Origin: an uncultured Helicobacter sp.
GTDB lineage: Bacteria; Campylobacterota; Campylobacteria; Campylobacterales; UBA6016
DNA length: 64,000 nt
Reading direction: 5' to 3'
Assembly (NCBI GenBank): GCA_964568395.1
Contig: CAZMPN010000001.1
Coordinates: 129,133 to 193,132 of the forward strand
Shown: in pieces, positions 45,365-56,247 of the stretch
How positions within the stretch are numbered: the first letter of the stretch is position 1
Layout: each line of letters begins with the position of its first letter
The notes under the pieces: generated by a model
Told to the model about the DNA's origin: nothing
Seen by the model: only the letters and a program-made list of their open reading frames with translations
The model's database searches: none
Position numbers and translations under genes: made by a program

Positions 45365-46912
45365 AAGCTCCAAAGAGCCGCCCAGATAGTCGTTTTTATA
45401 GACGGAGAATCTGAAGTTTATATCCTCTCCCTCTTTTGGAAAAGAGTTTGCCCGAAAACATACGGCTCTTAGTTTTTTGCTGCCGCCTTCTATCGTAAGC
45501 TTAAACCCTTTGTCTTGTCCTATGGTTTTCATCTGCACTACTTTTTTGGCGGTTCCCATAAAAATCGGCTTTTCATTCGCTTCGCCGTACGGTTCGAACT
45601 CGTCCAATATCCTGGTCAGCTCTTCGTCTATTTCGCAAAAATCTATCTCGCCTAGACAGTATTTCGGACATCCCGATTTATCGGATGCGCTCTCCAGACA
45701 GCATTCGTTTATCGCCTTTTTGAACATCTCCAGATTGTCCGCGCTTAACGATACGCCGGCGGCCATTTTGTGCCCCCCGAAATTTAGCAGCAAATGGGAG
45801 TTTTTTGAGATTAGCTCGAATATGTTTATATCCATGGCGCTTCTGGCGCTTCCTTTGGCGTGCCCGTTTTCGATACTAAAGACTATAGCCGGTTTTTTTA
45901 GCGCTTGCGCCAGCCTTGAAGCTACGATACCGACTACTCCTTCATGCCAACCCTCTTTGGCTACGACTATGACTTTTGCGTCCCTATCCGCCATCCCCAT
46001 CGCCTCGTTCGTTACCGATAGCTCTATCTTTTTTCGCTCCTCGTTTAGCGCATCGAGCTTATCGAAAAGAGCAGCGGCCTCTTCTACCGTTTTTGCCCGT
46101 AAAAAAGAGAACGCCTCTTTAGCTAGCACGAGCCTTCCCGCGCTGTTTAGTCTAGGGCTTATCTTATAGGCTATGTCGGTAGAGCTAAACTCCTCTTTTG
46201 CCAGCCTCGTTTTGATGGCCCTGATGGCCGGACGCTTGGAATTTCTTATCGCTTCTATCCCGGCTTTGACAAGCGTCCTGTTGATATCTTTTAACGGCAT
46301 CACGTCGGCTATCGTGGCTATAGCCACCAAATCCAGATACTCTTTTAGGTTTTCGTCGCACCCTAGTTCCAGCTTCAAGGCCGCCATAAAATACCAGACT
46401 ACGGCCGCCGCGCATATATCCCCAAAAACAAAGCCTTCGCCTAGCTTTGGATGCACTATGGCCAACGCCTCAGGTAGGGTCTCGCCTATGGTGTGATGGT
46501 CTATTATGATTAGCTCTATCCCTCTTTTTTTGCACTCTTTAGCGGCCTCAAATGCGGCTATTCCGTTGTCTACCGTAATTACCAGGTTTGAGTTTACGCG
46601 CTCCAGTATCTGCGGCCCAAGACCGTATCCGTCGCTAAACCTGCAAGGGATTATCGTCTCGACGTCGGCGCCGTTTTTTTGCAAAAACTCTTCGAGTATT
46701 GCGGCGCTCGTTACGCCGTCTACGTCGTAGTCTCCGACTATCGTTATCTTTTCATTGTTCTCTATGGCCGACTTAACCCTCTTTGCCGCTTCTTGAGAGT
46801 TTGGCATCGTGTGGGGGTGGGGTAGTTTTGAGAGGCTGGTGACTACGTCGTCTTTGAATCTGGACTCTAAAATCTCTATTAGATCTTTTTTTGTAAGGGC
46901 TTTATTTTGCAT
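45338..46912 (-). CDS. recJ: single-stranded-DNA-specific exonuclease RecJ
   Basis: 524 aa with DHH motifs (VGDYDVDGVTS, DHH), DHHA1 (GGHKMAAG) and a C-terminal OB-like region. Confidence 0.95.
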   Translation of the reverse strand: MQNKALTKKDLIEILESRFKDDVVTSLSKLPHPHTMPNSQEAAKRVKSAIENNEKITIVGDYDVDGVTSAAILEEFLQKNGADVETIIPCRFSDGYGLGPQILERVNSNLVITVDNGIAAFEAAKECKKRGIELIIIDHHTIGETLPEALAIVHPKLGEGFVFGDICAAAVVWYFMAALKLELGCDENLKEYLDLVAIATIADVMPLKDINRTLVKAGIEAIRNSKRPAIRAIKTRLAKEEFSSTDIAYKISPRLNSAGRLVLAKEAFSFLRAKTVEEAAALFDKLDALNEERKKIELSVTNEAMGMADRDAKVIVVAKEGWHEGVVGIVASRLAQALKKPAIVFSIENGHAKGSARSAMDINIFELISKNSHLLLNFGGHKMAAGVSLSADNLEMFKKAINECCLESASDKSGCPKYCLGEIDFCEIDEELTRILDEFEPYGEANEKPIFMGTAKKVVQMKTIGQDKGFKLTIEGGSKKLRAVCFRANSFPKEGEDINFRFSVYKNDYLGGSLELLIEEIIAS

Positions 46913-47588
46913 CTTTTACACATCTAACAAAGCTTTTGTTATCCTTTGCGCTACTTGCCACACTGGCCCTAAGAAAGCCCACCACGATGGCGGTATTGGA
47001 GAAGTCGTCGTTGGCGTCGACGCTCCAGTAGTATTTTGGCTGAGTAAAACCAAATTTGGCGTTATATTCCGCTTCGTTCAAAACTTTCATCATGGCGATA
47101 GAAAAAAGCTCTCTAGCCGTCGGCAGCCTCATCCCTTTGTTTTCGCAAAAACTCTTCGCCTCTTTGAAATCCATTCTGGACTGTTCGCTTTTGCCCCATT
47201 CGAGCCCACTCTTTTGTGCGCCGTTTTTTTGTTTGAAGCAGGCGAGATAGAGGTTTTCGTTTTCGCCAAGCAGGTTTACGTCCCTGTTTTCAAAAGAGTG
47301 GTAGTAGATTTCACCGTCGCTTTTAGGGTGTCTCGTGGAGCTGGCATAAAGGGATTTCTCGCTTTTTTCCCTGAGTTCGGCCGGGGCGTCGAATAGCTCC
47401 TCTATATTAGGCACCCTCCACCCCTCGCCTAACTGCGAACACTCTTTTTCTCTTTGTTTTGCTGAGGCTATCGTTTTTTGCGGCATCGGCACAAAATATA
47501 CGCCCCTATCGTTCTCGGCGCTTACGCCGTCCCCTGCCAGCAAAGACCCCGCTAGAAGCAGCAGAAAAAGGTTAGTTTTTAGCCGCAT
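46902..47588 (-). CDS. secreted DUF1566 (Lcl C-terminal domain)-like protein
   Basis: I placed the start at the ATG at 47588, which gives signal peptide [19 protein letters not shown]. It has two repeats of the W/MR-(V/L)P-x-x-x-EL motif ([22 protein letters not shown]) and YWS...FVRCV. Confidence 0.65.
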   Translation of the reverse strand: MRLKTNLFLLLLAGSLLAGDGVSAENDRGVYFVPMPQKTIASAKQREKECSQLGEGWRVPNIEELFDAPAELREKSEKSLYASSTRHPKSDGEIYYHSFENRDVNLLGENENLYLACFKQKNGAQKSGLEWGKSEQSRMDFKEAKSFCENKGMRLPTARELFSIAMMKVLNEAEYNAKFGFTQPKYYWSVDANDDFSNTAIVVGFLRASVASSAKDNKSFVRCVKDAK

Positions 47589-49209
47589 CGCTCTGCTTTT
47601 TTGCTTCTTTGGCAAAAGCGAGGATGATTTTGTTTGGATTTTGAAGGCGGCTTGTAAATTCTGGATGGAACTGTACCGCGACAAACCAAGGGTGGTCGCG
47701 TAGCTCAACCGCCTCTATTAGCCCCTTGGATTCGCCGCATACTATTAGCCCCGCTTCTTCTAGGGCTTTTCTGTATTTTCCGTTTGCTTCGTATCTGTGT
47801 CTATGTCTTTCGACTATTCTCTTTTCGCCGTCATACGCTTTTTGCAGTTTTGAGCCGTCAAGCGTATCGCACTCGTATTCGCCGAGCCTCATCGTGCCGC
47901 CCATAGGAGTTTGATGGGTTCTTATCTGCTTGTTGCCGCCCTGGTCCAAAAATGAGTCTATCAGATATATCAGCGGCTCTTTCGTTTCGGTGTCGAACTC
48001 TACCGAGTTAGCCTCTTTGATTCCGAGCACGTTTCTGGCAAATTCGATAACGCTGAGCTGCATGCCAAGACATATGCCAAGGAAAGGTATTTTGTTCTCT
48101 CTGGCGTATTTGATTGCCGCGATTTTGCCCTCTACGCCTCTCGAGCCGAATCCGCCAGGGATCAATATGCCGTCGCACCCTTTTAGTTCGCTTGTATCGC
48201 CGCTCTCTAGAGCCTCTGCGTCTACCCATTTGAGTTTTATCTTCGTATCCAGCCATGCGCCGCAGTGTACGAACGTCTCCGTCAATGATTTGTACGACTC
48301 TTTCAGGTCGAGATATTTGCCTACGAAAGCTACGCTTATTTCGTGTTTTGGCTCGACTATTCTTTTGGTCAGCTTCTTCCACTCTTTCATATCCGGCTCT
48401 AGCTCGCCAAGGTCAAGGTGTTTCGAAATAGCTTTTAGCACGCCCTCTTTTAGGAAGTTTAGAGGCACTTGGTAGATAGACTGGGAGTCCATCACCTCGA
48501 TTACGGAGTCTTGTTCTACGTCGCAGAACATCGCTATCTTCTTCTTGAGCTCTTTTGGAAGCGGTTGCTCAGTCCTGCACATGAGCATTTGAGGGTTGAT
48601 GCCTATTCTTCTTAGTTCTTGTACCGAGTGCTGAGTAGGTTTTGTTTTGAGCTCTCCGGCCGCCTTTACGTATATGATAGGGGTCACGTGTATGTTCATC
48701 ACGTCGTTTTTAAGCTCGTGTTTTAGCTGTCTGACGGCCTCCATGAACGGCTGCCCTTCGATATCGCCTATCGTGCCGCCGACTTCAACTATTAAAACGT
48801 CTTTGTTTTTTGCTACTGCTTTTATTCTTTTTTTGATCTCGTCGACGATGTGCGGTACTACTTGGATCGTTTTGCCTAGATATTCGCCTTTTCTTTCGCG
48901 TTCAATTACCGTTTTGTAGATTTGACCGGCAGTAAAGTTGTTTTTCTTGGAGATGCTCTCGTCCAAAAATCTCTCATAGTGGCCGATATCAAGGTCGGTC
49001 TCGCCGCCGTCATACGTTACGAATACCTCGCCGTGTTCAAGCGGACTCATCGTGCCAGGATCCACGTTTAGATACGGATCCATTTTGAGGATTGTTACGT
49101 TCAGCCCGCATTGCTTTAGGAGCGTACCCACGCTTGCGGAAGTGATTCCCTTGCCCAGAGAGGACAAAACGCCGCCGGTTACGAATATAAATTTGGTATT
49201 CTTAGTCAT
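47572..49209 (-). CDS. pyrG: CTP synthase
   Basis: 545 aa with [14 protein letters not shown], the glutaminase GICLGMQ and HRHRYE. Confidence 0.98.
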   Translation of the reverse strand: MTKNTKFIFVTGGVLSSLGKGITSASVGTLLKQCGLNVTILKMDPYLNVDPGTMSPLEHGEVFVTYDGGETDLDIGHYERFLDESISKKNNFTAGQIYKTVIERERKGEYLGKTIQVVPHIVDEIKKRIKAVAKNKDVLIVEVGGTIGDIEGQPFMEAVRQLKHELKNDVMNIHVTPIIYVKAAGELKTKPTQHSVQELRRIGINPQMLMCRTEQPLPKELKKKIAMFCDVEQDSVIEVMDSQSIYQVPLNFLKEGVLKAISKHLDLGELEPDMKEWKKLTKRIVEPKHEISVAFVGKYLDLKESYKSLTETFVHCGAWLDTKIKLKWVDAEALESGDTSELKGCDGILIPGGFGSRGVEGKIAAIKYARENKIPFLGICLGMQLSVIEFARNVLGIKEANSVEFDTETKEPLIYLIDSFLDQGGNKQIRTHQTPMGGTMRLGEYECDTLDGSKLQKAYDGEKRIVERHRHRYEANGKYRKALEEAGLIVCGESKGLIEAVELRDHPWFVAVQFHPEFTSRLQNPNKIILAFAKEAKKQSDAAKN

Positions 49210-49330
49210 TAGTCAAAAGTCCAGTAGTTTTAGCTGGAATTTTACAAAATATTGCTAAAATACTCGCTTTGTTGTCAGCAAGTTTATCCCGAAGCTTGCA
49301 AATATGGCCAGAGAGGATGGTGATTTTTTT

Positions 49331-49543
49331 ATGCCGGGAACAGTACTAAGAGAAAATGAAGGCTTCGACGAAGCGTACAGAAAATTCAAAAAACAGTGCG
49401 ATAGAAACCTAATCGTTACTGAATCAAAAGCTAGAAGATTTTTTGAAACTAATGTTGAGAAAAAGAAAAAAGAGAAAATAGCTGCGAGAAAAAAGATTCT
49501 AAAAAAACTCTATATGATGAGAAGATACGAATCAAGACTGTAA
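49331..49543 (+). CDS. rpsU: 30S ribosomal protein S21
   Basis: Taken from the ATG at 49331: [39 protein letters not shown]...[11 protein letters not shown]. This is the classic S21 sequence. Confidence 0.93.
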   Translation: MPGTVLRENEGFDEAYRKFKKQCDRNLIVTESKARRFFETNVEKKKKEKIAARKKILKKLYMMRRYESRL

Positions 49544-49546
49544 TAA

Positions 49547-49568
49547 AGAGCCCCCTTGCGGGGCTTTC
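49547..49568. terminator. hairpin between convergent rpsU and cytochrome b561 genes
   Basis: AGCCCC-CTTGC-GGGGCT, flanked by A-rich and T-rich sequence. Confidence 0.5.
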
Positions 49569-49570
49569 TC

Positions 49571-50182
49571 CTACTTTCCTCCGTTAAACATCTCGGATAC
49601 GATTCCCTTATCGCTTGAGAGCTCCGCTTTTATAACCCCGGCTATATGCGCCACTATGAAAAATAGGAAAAACCAAAACGCCAGTTCGTGAAGCTCCTTT
49701 ATCGGTTCGAGTATATCTTTCGAAAGTCCCAGTTTCTCCCTGAAATACATAACAAGACCGCTTACCGCCATATATATGGACGCGACGTAAAAGAGCGCGT
49801 GCGCGTATTTTGCCATTACAAACTCTTTTGCGCCTTTATCGCTGTTTCCTTTTAGCTCCTTTGCTTTGCAGGTCGGAAGCTTGTCGGTTTTTGTCATAAA
49901 GCCGTATATTCTGTACGCCAAAAGCGCCGCAAACAAAAATCCTAGATAGTAGTGCCACTGCCACATATTGTCTCTGAATATTTTGGCTATCTCTTTTGCT
50001 TTATCGTCGGCCACCATAAGACCGATTTCCGATAGCTTGGACTGGATAATCGCCGCATTATCCTTGTAATTCAAAACCGTTTTTCTAAGTAGGTAAGTAA
50101 GCATAAGCCCAAATACCGTAATCGCGCTAAGCCAGTGCCAAACCCTCAGGTTTGCGCTTCGTTTGTCCGAAAAGTAACCCAT
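49571..50182 (-). CDS. cytochrome b561 / Ni-Fe-hydrogenase-type b cytochrome family membrane protein
   Basis: 203 aa with four TM helices carrying conserved His residues (RVWHWLSA, QWHYYLG, HALFYV, VAHIAGV). Confidence 0.72.
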   Translation of the reverse strand: MGYFSDKRSANLRVWHWLSAITVFGLMLTYLLRKTVLNYKDNAAIIQSKLSEIGLMVADDKAKEIAKIFRDNMWQWHYYLGFLFAALLAYRIYGFMTKTDKLPTCKAKELKGNSDKGAKEFVMAKYAHALFYVASIYMAVSGLVMYFREKLGLSKDILEPIKELHELAFWFFLFFIVAHIAGVIKAELSSDKGIVSEMFNGGK

Positions 50183-50262
50183 TGCCGCTCCTTTTTTGCG
50201 TATCTAAGGTAAAATTACATTTTAAGAAATATAGATTAATTTAATGTTAATGGACTAATAAA

Positions 50263-52131
50263 ATGACCCATAAATATGATTTGATAGTTGTAGGGGCCGG
50301 ACATGCCGGTATAGAAGCGGCACTGGCAAGCGCCAAGATGGGGCTAAATACGCTTTTGCTTACTATATTGGTAGATAGGATCGGGGCTACAAGCTGTAAT
50401 CCCGCCATAGGCGGTCTGGCAAAAGGACATCTGGTAAAAGAGGTAGACGCGCTAGGCGGCTTTATGGGCGAAGCGACCGATAGATGCGGAATACAATATA
50501 GAATACTAAACGACGCCAAAGGCCCGGCTGTGCGCGGCTCCAGGGCGCAAATAGATATGGACGAGTACAACAACTTCGCCAAAACGGTCTGTCTAAATAC
50601 CGAAAATCTGGAAGTAAAACAGGATTTGGTCGTCGACCTTATTGTAGAAAACGAAGAGGTTAAAGGCGTAATAACGGAGCTTGGCAATAGATACGGCGCA
50701 AAAGCCGTAGTACTTACTACCGGGACTTTTCTAAACGGCCTTATACATATAGGCGAGTTTCAAAAAGAGGCCGGAAGGTTTGGAGAGTTTGCCGCAAAAG
50801 GTTTGTCCGATAGGCTAAGAGAGTTGGGGCTAGAGGTAGGGCGTCTAAAGACCGGGACATGTCCTAGAATAGACGCGAAGAGTATAGATTTCTCGCGCCT
50901 AGAAATCCAAGGCGGCGACGAAAAGCCGATTCCATTCAGTTTCAAAACCGACAAAAAAAGCTTTGCGCCAAACCAGCTTCCTTGCTATATAGCGCATACG
51001 AACGCTAATACGCACGAGATAATCAGAAGTAACTTCGATAGGGCTCCCCTTTTTTCCGGACAAATTCAAGGAGTCGGTCCCAGATATTGCCCAAGCGTAG
51101 AGGATAAGATATATAGGTTTGCAGATAAAGACAGGCATCATCTCTTTATCGAGCCGCAGACCAAAGAGGCGGACGAATACTATATCAACGGTATGTCCAC
51201 AAGCCTTCCTATCGACGTGCAGGTGGATATGATAAGAAGCGTAGAGGGGCTTGAGAACGCCGTTATTACGAGGTATGGATATGCGATAGAGTACGACTTC
51301 GTGCAGCCGACCGAGCTTCACCATACGCTTGAAACCAAAAAGATAAAAGGACTCTATCTGGCGGGGCAGATCAACGGCACGACCGGATATGAGGAGGCTG
51401 CCGCGCAAGGCCTGATGGCCGGCATAAACGCAGTGCTTAAAATAAAAGGCAAAGAGCCTTTTGTCGTTGGAAGAGAAGAGGGGTATATAGGCGTTCTTAT
51501 CGATGACCTGGTAACCAAGGGAACGAATGAACCGTACCGTATGTTTACCTCCCGTGCGGAGTATAGACTGCTTCTGAGGGAAGATAACGCCGATATGAGA
51601 CTTAGCGGATATGGGCACGGATTTGGGCTTGTGTCTGACGATATGTATGCGAAGATGTTGCGCAAAAAAGAGAGCGTTGCCGCCCTGCTTGCCGAGCTTG
51701 AGGAGAAATATTTCACTTCAAGCAAAGAAAATCTGGCGCTGCTAGAGGAGATGGGCGAACAACAAGTCAGTGATAAGGTATTATATATTAATCTTATAGG
51801 AAGAAATAGTTTTGATAAGGAGAAGCTGACAAAACTTCTGCCGGAAACTAGCGGGCTGGATGATGATATAAAAGATTTGATACTTACTGAGTGCAAATAC
51901 TACCACTACATCAAAAAGCAGCAAAAACAGATCGAAAAGATGAAAAATTACATAAATGTAAAGATTCCTGACGATTTTGTATACGACGGGTTGCCGGGGC
52001 TAAGCTTCGAAATAGTCGAAAAACTCAAAAAAGCAAGACCCGCTACGCTCTTTGGCGCAAGCCAGGTCAGCGGTGTCACGCCCGCCGCTATAGACGTAAT
52101 CTTGATGTATGTCAAGCTGCTTAAAAAATAG
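50263..52131 (+). CDS. mnmG: tRNA uridine-5-carboxymethylaminomethyl synthesis enzyme MnmG (GidA)
   Basis: 622 aa with FAD motif [12 protein letters not shown], plus [11 protein letters not shown] and [17 protein letters not shown]. Confidence 0.97.
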   Translation: MTHKYDLIVVGAGHAGIEAALASAKMGLNTLLLTILVDRIGATSCNPAIGGLAKGHLVKEVDALGGFMGEATDRCGIQYRILNDAKGPAVRGSRAQIDMDEYNNFAKTVCLNTENLEVKQDLVVDLIVENEEVKGVITELGNRYGAKAVVLTTGTFLNGLIHIGEFQKEAGRFGEFAAKGLSDRLRELGLEVGRLKTGTCPRIDAKSIDFSRLEIQGGDEKPIPFSFKTDKKSFAPNQLPCYIAHTNANTHEIIRSNFDRAPLFSGQIQGVGPRYCPSVEDKIYRFADKDRHHLFIEPQTKEADEYYINGMSTSLPIDVQVDMIRSVEGLENAVITRYGYAIEYDFVQPTELHHTLETKKIKGLYLAGQINGTTGYEEAAAQGLMAGINAVLKIKGKEPFVVGREEGYIGVLIDDLVTKGTNEPYRMFTSRAEYRLLLREDNADMRLSGYGHGFGLVSDDMYAKMLRKKESVAALLAELEEKYFTSSKENLALLEEMGEQQVSDKVLYINLIGRNSFDKEKLTKLLPETSGLDDDIKDLILTECKYYHYIKKQQKQIEKMKNYINVKIPDDFVYDGLPGLSFEIVEKLKKARPATLFGASQVSGVTPAAIDVILMYVKLLKK

Positions 52132-52247
52132 AATAAATTTAGATTGAATTTTTTTATAAATTTATAATTTTGAGATATAATTTAACGCTTTACAATTTGA
52201 CATATATAGTCAAATAGGCTATTTTTCTTTATTTCAAGGAGCAACTT

Positions 52248-52760
52248 ATGGCTGTTGATGAGTCAAAGAGGGATTTTATCCTCACCGCTCTAGGTAGCTT
52301 TGCCGGTATAGGCGGCGCTGCAGCGGTATACAGCATGGTAAAAACATGGGATCCGCTTCCTAGCGTTGTCGCCGCTGGTGTGACGAAGGTCGATGTATCT
52401 TCTATGCAGGCAGGCGAGATCAGAACGGTAGAGTTTAGAGGCAAACCGGTTTATATACTTAAAAAAACGCCTGATATGGCAGCTTGTAAAAACAATTCCA
52501 GCGTAAAAGTAGGTAGCGACCAGTATACGGTTGTAATCGCCATCTGTACGCATCTTGGATGTATACCGGCGTACGAAGCCGAAAAAAAACAGTTCAAATG
52601 CGCTTGTCACGGCGGCGAGTTTGACGTTAACGGCGTAAACACTTTCGGGCCTCCTCCAAAACCTTTGGCCGTTCCTCCTTATAAAGTAGTTGGCAACACT
52701 ATTATGCTTGGCGAAGAGGGCGACGAATACAAAAAACTAGCTCCTGAGCTAAAAGCTTAA
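52248..52760 (+). CDS. petA: ubiquinol/menaquinol-cytochrome c reductase Rieske iron-sulfur subunit
   Basis: 170 aa with an AAGGAG RBS, a Tat-like N-terminus and Rieske boxes CTHLGC and CACHGG. Confidence 0.93.
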   Translation: MAVDESKRDFILTALGSFAGIGGAAAVYSMVKTWDPLPSVVAAGVTKVDVSSMQAGEIRTVEFRGKPVYILKKTPDMAACKNNSSVKVGSDQYTVVIAICTHLGCIPAYEAEKKQFKCACHGGEFDVNGVNTFGPPPKPLAVPPYKVVGNTIMLGEEGDEYKKLAPELKA

Positions 52761-52776
52761 AAGAGAGGGAGATTAG

Positions 52777-53991
52777 ATGGCTATTGATAAAAATAAAAGC
52801 TGGATAGACGCTAGACTTAACACCAGCGCTCTAACCAAAGTCATGATGACTGAATATTGGATTCCAAAAAACATCAACTTCCTATGGAGCTTCGGTGTCG
52901 TACTTGCGACGCTATTCACGCTTCTGGTTGTTTCCGGTATGTTCCTTCTGATGTACTACAAGCCGGATACGGCGCTGGCTTTTGATAGCGTTAACAGGAC
53001 TATTATGCAAGAGGTCGCCTACGGATGGCTCTTTAGACATATCCATGCGGTTGCGGCTTCCGTCGTATTCCTTGTTATATACATACATATGTTTGTAGCT
53101 ATATACTACGGTTCTTACAAAAACGGCAGAGAGATGATATGGATAAGCGGTATGCTTCTATTCGTCACGTTCTCGGCTGAAGGCTTCTCTGGCTATATGC
53201 TTCCTTGGGGTCAAATGAGCTACTGGGCTGCGCAAGTTATTACGAACCTATTCGGCGGTATCCCGTTTATAGGTAAAGAGCTTGTTATCTGGATTAGAGG
53301 TAACTACGTAGTCGCAGACGCTACCTTGACTCGCTTCTTCGCGCTTCACGTGCTTATACTTCCTCTGATTATCATGGGGATTATCGGCCTTCATATGTAC
53401 TCTCTTAGAATTCCTCACGTTAACAACCAAGAGGGCGAAGAGATAGACTTTGAAAAAGAGGCTGCAAAATTCCAGGCAGGCGACAAAAAAGGTTCGAAAG
53501 TTATGCCTTTCTGGCCTACATTCCTTGCCGAAGACTTCTTCGTGTTGTCCGGCTTTATGGTGTTCTTCTTCTATCTGGTGTTCTTCCATTTCAATTTTGC
53601 GATGGATCCGATCAACTTTATGCCGGCCGATAGTATGAAAACCCCGCCGCATATTTATCCGGAGTGGTACTTCCTATGGTCTTACGAAGTTCTTAGAGGC
53701 TTCTTCTTTAGCGCAAACCTTGGTCTTATAGCTTTCGGTATCGCAAACGGTATATTCTTTGCGCTTCCATGGCTCGATAGAGATCCAAGCGTAAAACCTG
53801 CGCACAAAAGACCTCTGTTTAAAGTTTGGTTCTGGGCGCTTATCGTTGTTATGATAGGACTTACCGTCTATGGAAAACTTCCTCCTACCGGTATCAACGC
53901 ATGGATAGGTTTCGTATTCTCTGTCTCCTTCCTGGCGCTTCTTTTGGTGGTTCTGCCGCTAATATCTAAAATAGAAAGAAAGAGAGGCTAG
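52777..53991 (+). CDS. petB: cytochrome b subunit of the bc1 complex
   Basis: 404 aa with heme-ligand His regions (FRHIHAVAASV, RFFALHVLILP) and the PEWYFLW motif. Confidence 0.95.
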   Translation: MAIDKNKSWIDARLNTSALTKVMMTEYWIPKNINFLWSFGVVLATLFTLLVVSGMFLLMYYKPDTALAFDSVNRTIMQEVAYGWLFRHIHAVAASVVFLVIYIHMFVAIYYGSYKNGREMIWISGMLLFVTFSAEGFSGYMLPWGQMSYWAAQVITNLFGGIPFIGKELVIWIRGNYVVADATLTRFFALHVLILPLIIMGIIGLHMYSLRIPHVNNQEGEEIDFEKEAAKFQAGDKKGSKVMPFWPTFLAEDFFVLSGFMVFFFYLVFFHFNFAMDPINFMPADSMKTPPHIYPEWYFLWSYEVLRGFFFSANLGLIAFGIANGIFFALPWLDRDPSVKPAHKRPLFKVWFWALIVVMIGLTVYGKLPPTGINAWIGFVFSVSFLALLLVVLPLISKIERKRG

Positions 53992-53994
53992 GAA

Positions 53995-54831
53995 ATGAGA
54001 GAGTTAAAAATACTAGCTGTACTAATATTTTTTGTAGGGCTTACATATTGGGGCGTGGAGCCTTATGCGCACCATGTAATGCACCCCGAGGTTTCTCCTG
54101 CAGACTTTACGTTTAAAGATTTGCCAAAACAAAACACGAGCGGAGACGCCGCAAAAGGTAAAGAGATTGTGGCTGCGCAGTGTATCTCTTGCCACTCAGT
54201 AAACAAAGAGGGCATCAAGCTTGCGATGAGCGACGCCGACGCTGCGAACACTTACGGTGTTGTCCCGCCGGATCTTTCAAATGTTGCGGCCATTTATGAC
54301 CACAACTTCCTGGCTAACTTCATCCAAAATCCGGAAGGCGCGGTAAAAGCTAAGCCGGGCAAATACGCTATGCCAAATCTAGGCATAAGCGCCGAAGACG
54401 CGGGACATATAGTTGCGTATCTATCCTCTATCGCAAACAAAAACCTGACTGCTAAACAGGTTACCGAAGAGGCTTGCGTTAGATGCCATAACATAAAATA
54501 CGAAGGTATAAGCAGGGTAGCTACCGACGCTAGAATCAAAGAGTATATGGGTTCAGTTCCGCCTGATTTGTCGCAAGTCATCAAATCAAAAGGCGAGCAT
54601 TATCTAGACGGCTTTATCAACGATCCGCAAAAACTTCTTCACGGTACAGGTATGCCGAGAGTCGGTCTGACAAAAGACGCTCAAGCTAAAGTTATCGAGC
54701 ACCTTGAAAAAGTCGGCGATCCTAAAAAAGGCGAGAGAAACTCACTTGCTTTCTGGATTTTGGGATATTTTGCCATCCTAACCGTACTAACGTACCTATG
54801 GAAAGTTTCCAAATTTAAAGAAGTCCACTAA
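53995..54831 (+). CDS. petC: diheme cytochrome c1-type subunit of the bc1 complex
   Basis: 278 aa with two CxxCH motifs (CISCH, CVRCH) and a C-terminal TM anchor. A diheme PetC is the known epsilonproteobacterial arrangement. Confidence 0.88.
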   Translation: MRELKILAVLIFFVGLTYWGVEPYAHHVMHPEVSPADFTFKDLPKQNTSGDAAKGKEIVAAQCISCHSVNKEGIKLAMSDADAANTYGVVPPDLSNVAAIYDHNFLANFIQNPEGAVKAKPGKYAMPNLGISAEDAGHIVAYLSSIANKNLTAKQVTEEACVRCHNIKYEGISRVATDARIKEYMGSVPPDLSQVIKSKGEHYLDGFINDPQKLLHGTGMPRVGLTKDAQAKVIEHLEKVGDPKKGERNSLAFWILGYFAILTVLTYLWKVSKFKEVH

Positions 54832-54843
54832 GAAGGCATATAA

Positions 54844-55254
54844 ATGATGAAAAAAGCGATATTGATAGCGGCGGCGGCAGTTATGCTGCCGGCCGCACTT
54901 CTTGCCGAAGACAAAGCGGCAATAATGAAAGATATGAAAGCCCAAGAAGAAGCCATGGCCTCAATCCAAAAAGGGTTGCTATATGGCTCTAAAGAGGGTG
55001 TGGCAGACGGTATAAAAGCGCTTAAAGCCGCAAACAAGATAGCTACGCTAAAAGACAATCTTGTAAACTATCTTCCAAAAGAGAAAAAAGCGTTGCACAA
55101 AACGGCGCTTAAAGAGGGTGAGCTTGTAAATAAGTATGCAGACGAAATGCAAAAAAAGCTTGAAAAAGGAAGCTATAGCGAAGCGTTTACAGCTTACGGC
55201 AAGGTTCTAAACTCTTGCAATACGTGCCATCTTATTATCAGAAACTGGAAGTAA
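54844..55254 (+). CDS. class II (four-helix-bundle, cytochrome c-prime/c556-like) c-type cytochrome
   Basis: 136 aa with a signal peptide and helical sequence. A single CNTCH heme motif lies near the C-terminus, the hallmark of class II cytochromes c. Confidence 0.62.
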   Translation: MMKKAILIAAAAVMLPAALLAEDKAAIMKDMKAQEEAMASIQKGLLYGSKEGVADGIKALKAANKIATLKDNLVNYLPKEKKALHKTALKEGELVNKYADEMQKKLEKGSYSEAFTAYGKVLNSCNTCHLIIRNWK

Positions 55255-55270
55255 TTAACCGAAGGTTTTG

Positions 55271-55300
55271 CCGCACTCCATCTTCGGGGTGCGGATATTT
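55271..55300 (+). terminator. rho-independent terminator after the petABC-cytochrome operon
   Basis: CCGCAC...GTGCGG stem (55271-55276 with 55289-55294), followed by ATATTTTTTATTTTT. Confidence 0.55.
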
Positions 55301-55301
55301 T

Positions 55302-56243
55302 TTATTTTTCTTCTTTAAATCTACCCAAGCTCATTAGTTTAGAGTATCTTTGTTCAAATCTCTTATTGTTGTCTAGCTGTCGTAGTTTTGATACGGCGCC
55401 AAGGAAGTATTCCTTAATCGCTTCCGCCGCACCCTCTTTATCTCTGTGTGCGCCTATGATAGGCTCGTCTATAATGTCGTCTATCAGGTTTAGAGATTTT
55501 AGGTCGTCCGGAGTTATTTTAAGCGCGCTTGTCGCAGTTTCTACCTTCGAGCCGTCGCTCCAAAGGATAGCCGCACACCCCTCCGGCGAAATAACGCTGA
55601 ATACGCTATATCTCATCATGGCAAGGCGATCCGCAACTCCAACCGCTAGCGCGCCGCCGCTTCCGCCTTCGCCGATGACGACCGATACGGTCACGGTTTC
55701 CAGTTGGCTAAGCTCTAGAAGGTTTCTCGCGATAGCCTCCGATTGGCCCCTCTCTTCGGCGCCAAGACCAGGATATGCCCCTGGAGTGTCTATTAGCATA
55801 AGTACCGGCAGATTGAACTTTTCGGCAAGCTTTGCGGCGCGGAGCGCTTTTCGATACCCTTCCGGATGCGGCATGCCGAAGTTTCTATGTATTTTGTTCT
55901 TTGTGCCTCTGCCCTTCTCTTCGCCGATTACTACGCATTTTACGTCGCCTATCTTGCCTATAAAACAAACAATCGAAGGGTCGTCCCTGAAGTGTCTATC
56001 GCCGTGTATTTCGTAGGCGTCCGTCATTATGAGCGAGATGTAGTCGAGGGCGTAAGGCCTGTCTTGGTGACGGGCCAGTTGTAGTTTTTGGTAGTCGCTA
56101 AGATTTTTATATGTCTTTACGACCTCTTTGTCGAGCTCTTTTTTGAGTATTTCGGCAGCGTGGAGATCTTTTTTTACGGTGCTTATTTCTATCTCTTCTT
56201 GGAGCTGCTGTATCTTTTTTTCAAAATCTAAATAAAAAGCCAA
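55302..56243 (-). CDS. accA: acetyl-CoA carboxylase carboxyltransferase alpha subunit
   Basis: 313 aa with [22 protein letters not shown] and [11 protein letters not shown] motifs. Confidence 0.95.
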   Translation of the reverse strand: MAFYLDFEKKIQQLQEEIEISTVKKDLHAAEILKKELDKEVVKTYKNLSDYQKLQLARHQDRPYALDYISLIMTDAYEIHGDRHFRDDPSIVCFIGKIGDVKCVVIGEEKGRGTKNKIHRNFGMPHPEGYRKALRAAKLAEKFNLPVLMLIDTPGAYPGLGAEERGQSEAIARNLLELSQLETVTVSVVIGEGGSGGALAVGVADRLAMMRYSVFSVISPEGCAAILWSDGSKVETATSALKITPDDLKSLNLIDDIIDEPIIGAHRDKEGAAEAIKEYFLGAVSKLRQLDNNKRFEQRYSKLMSLGRFKEEK

Positions 56244-56247
56244 ACTA

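Noticed and set aside
47589-47708. 40-codon N-terminal extension of the DUF1566-like ORF reaching deep into pyrG
   Set aside because: The extension has no signal-peptide character and overlaps 137 nt of pyrG. The ATG at 47588 gives a proper signal peptide.
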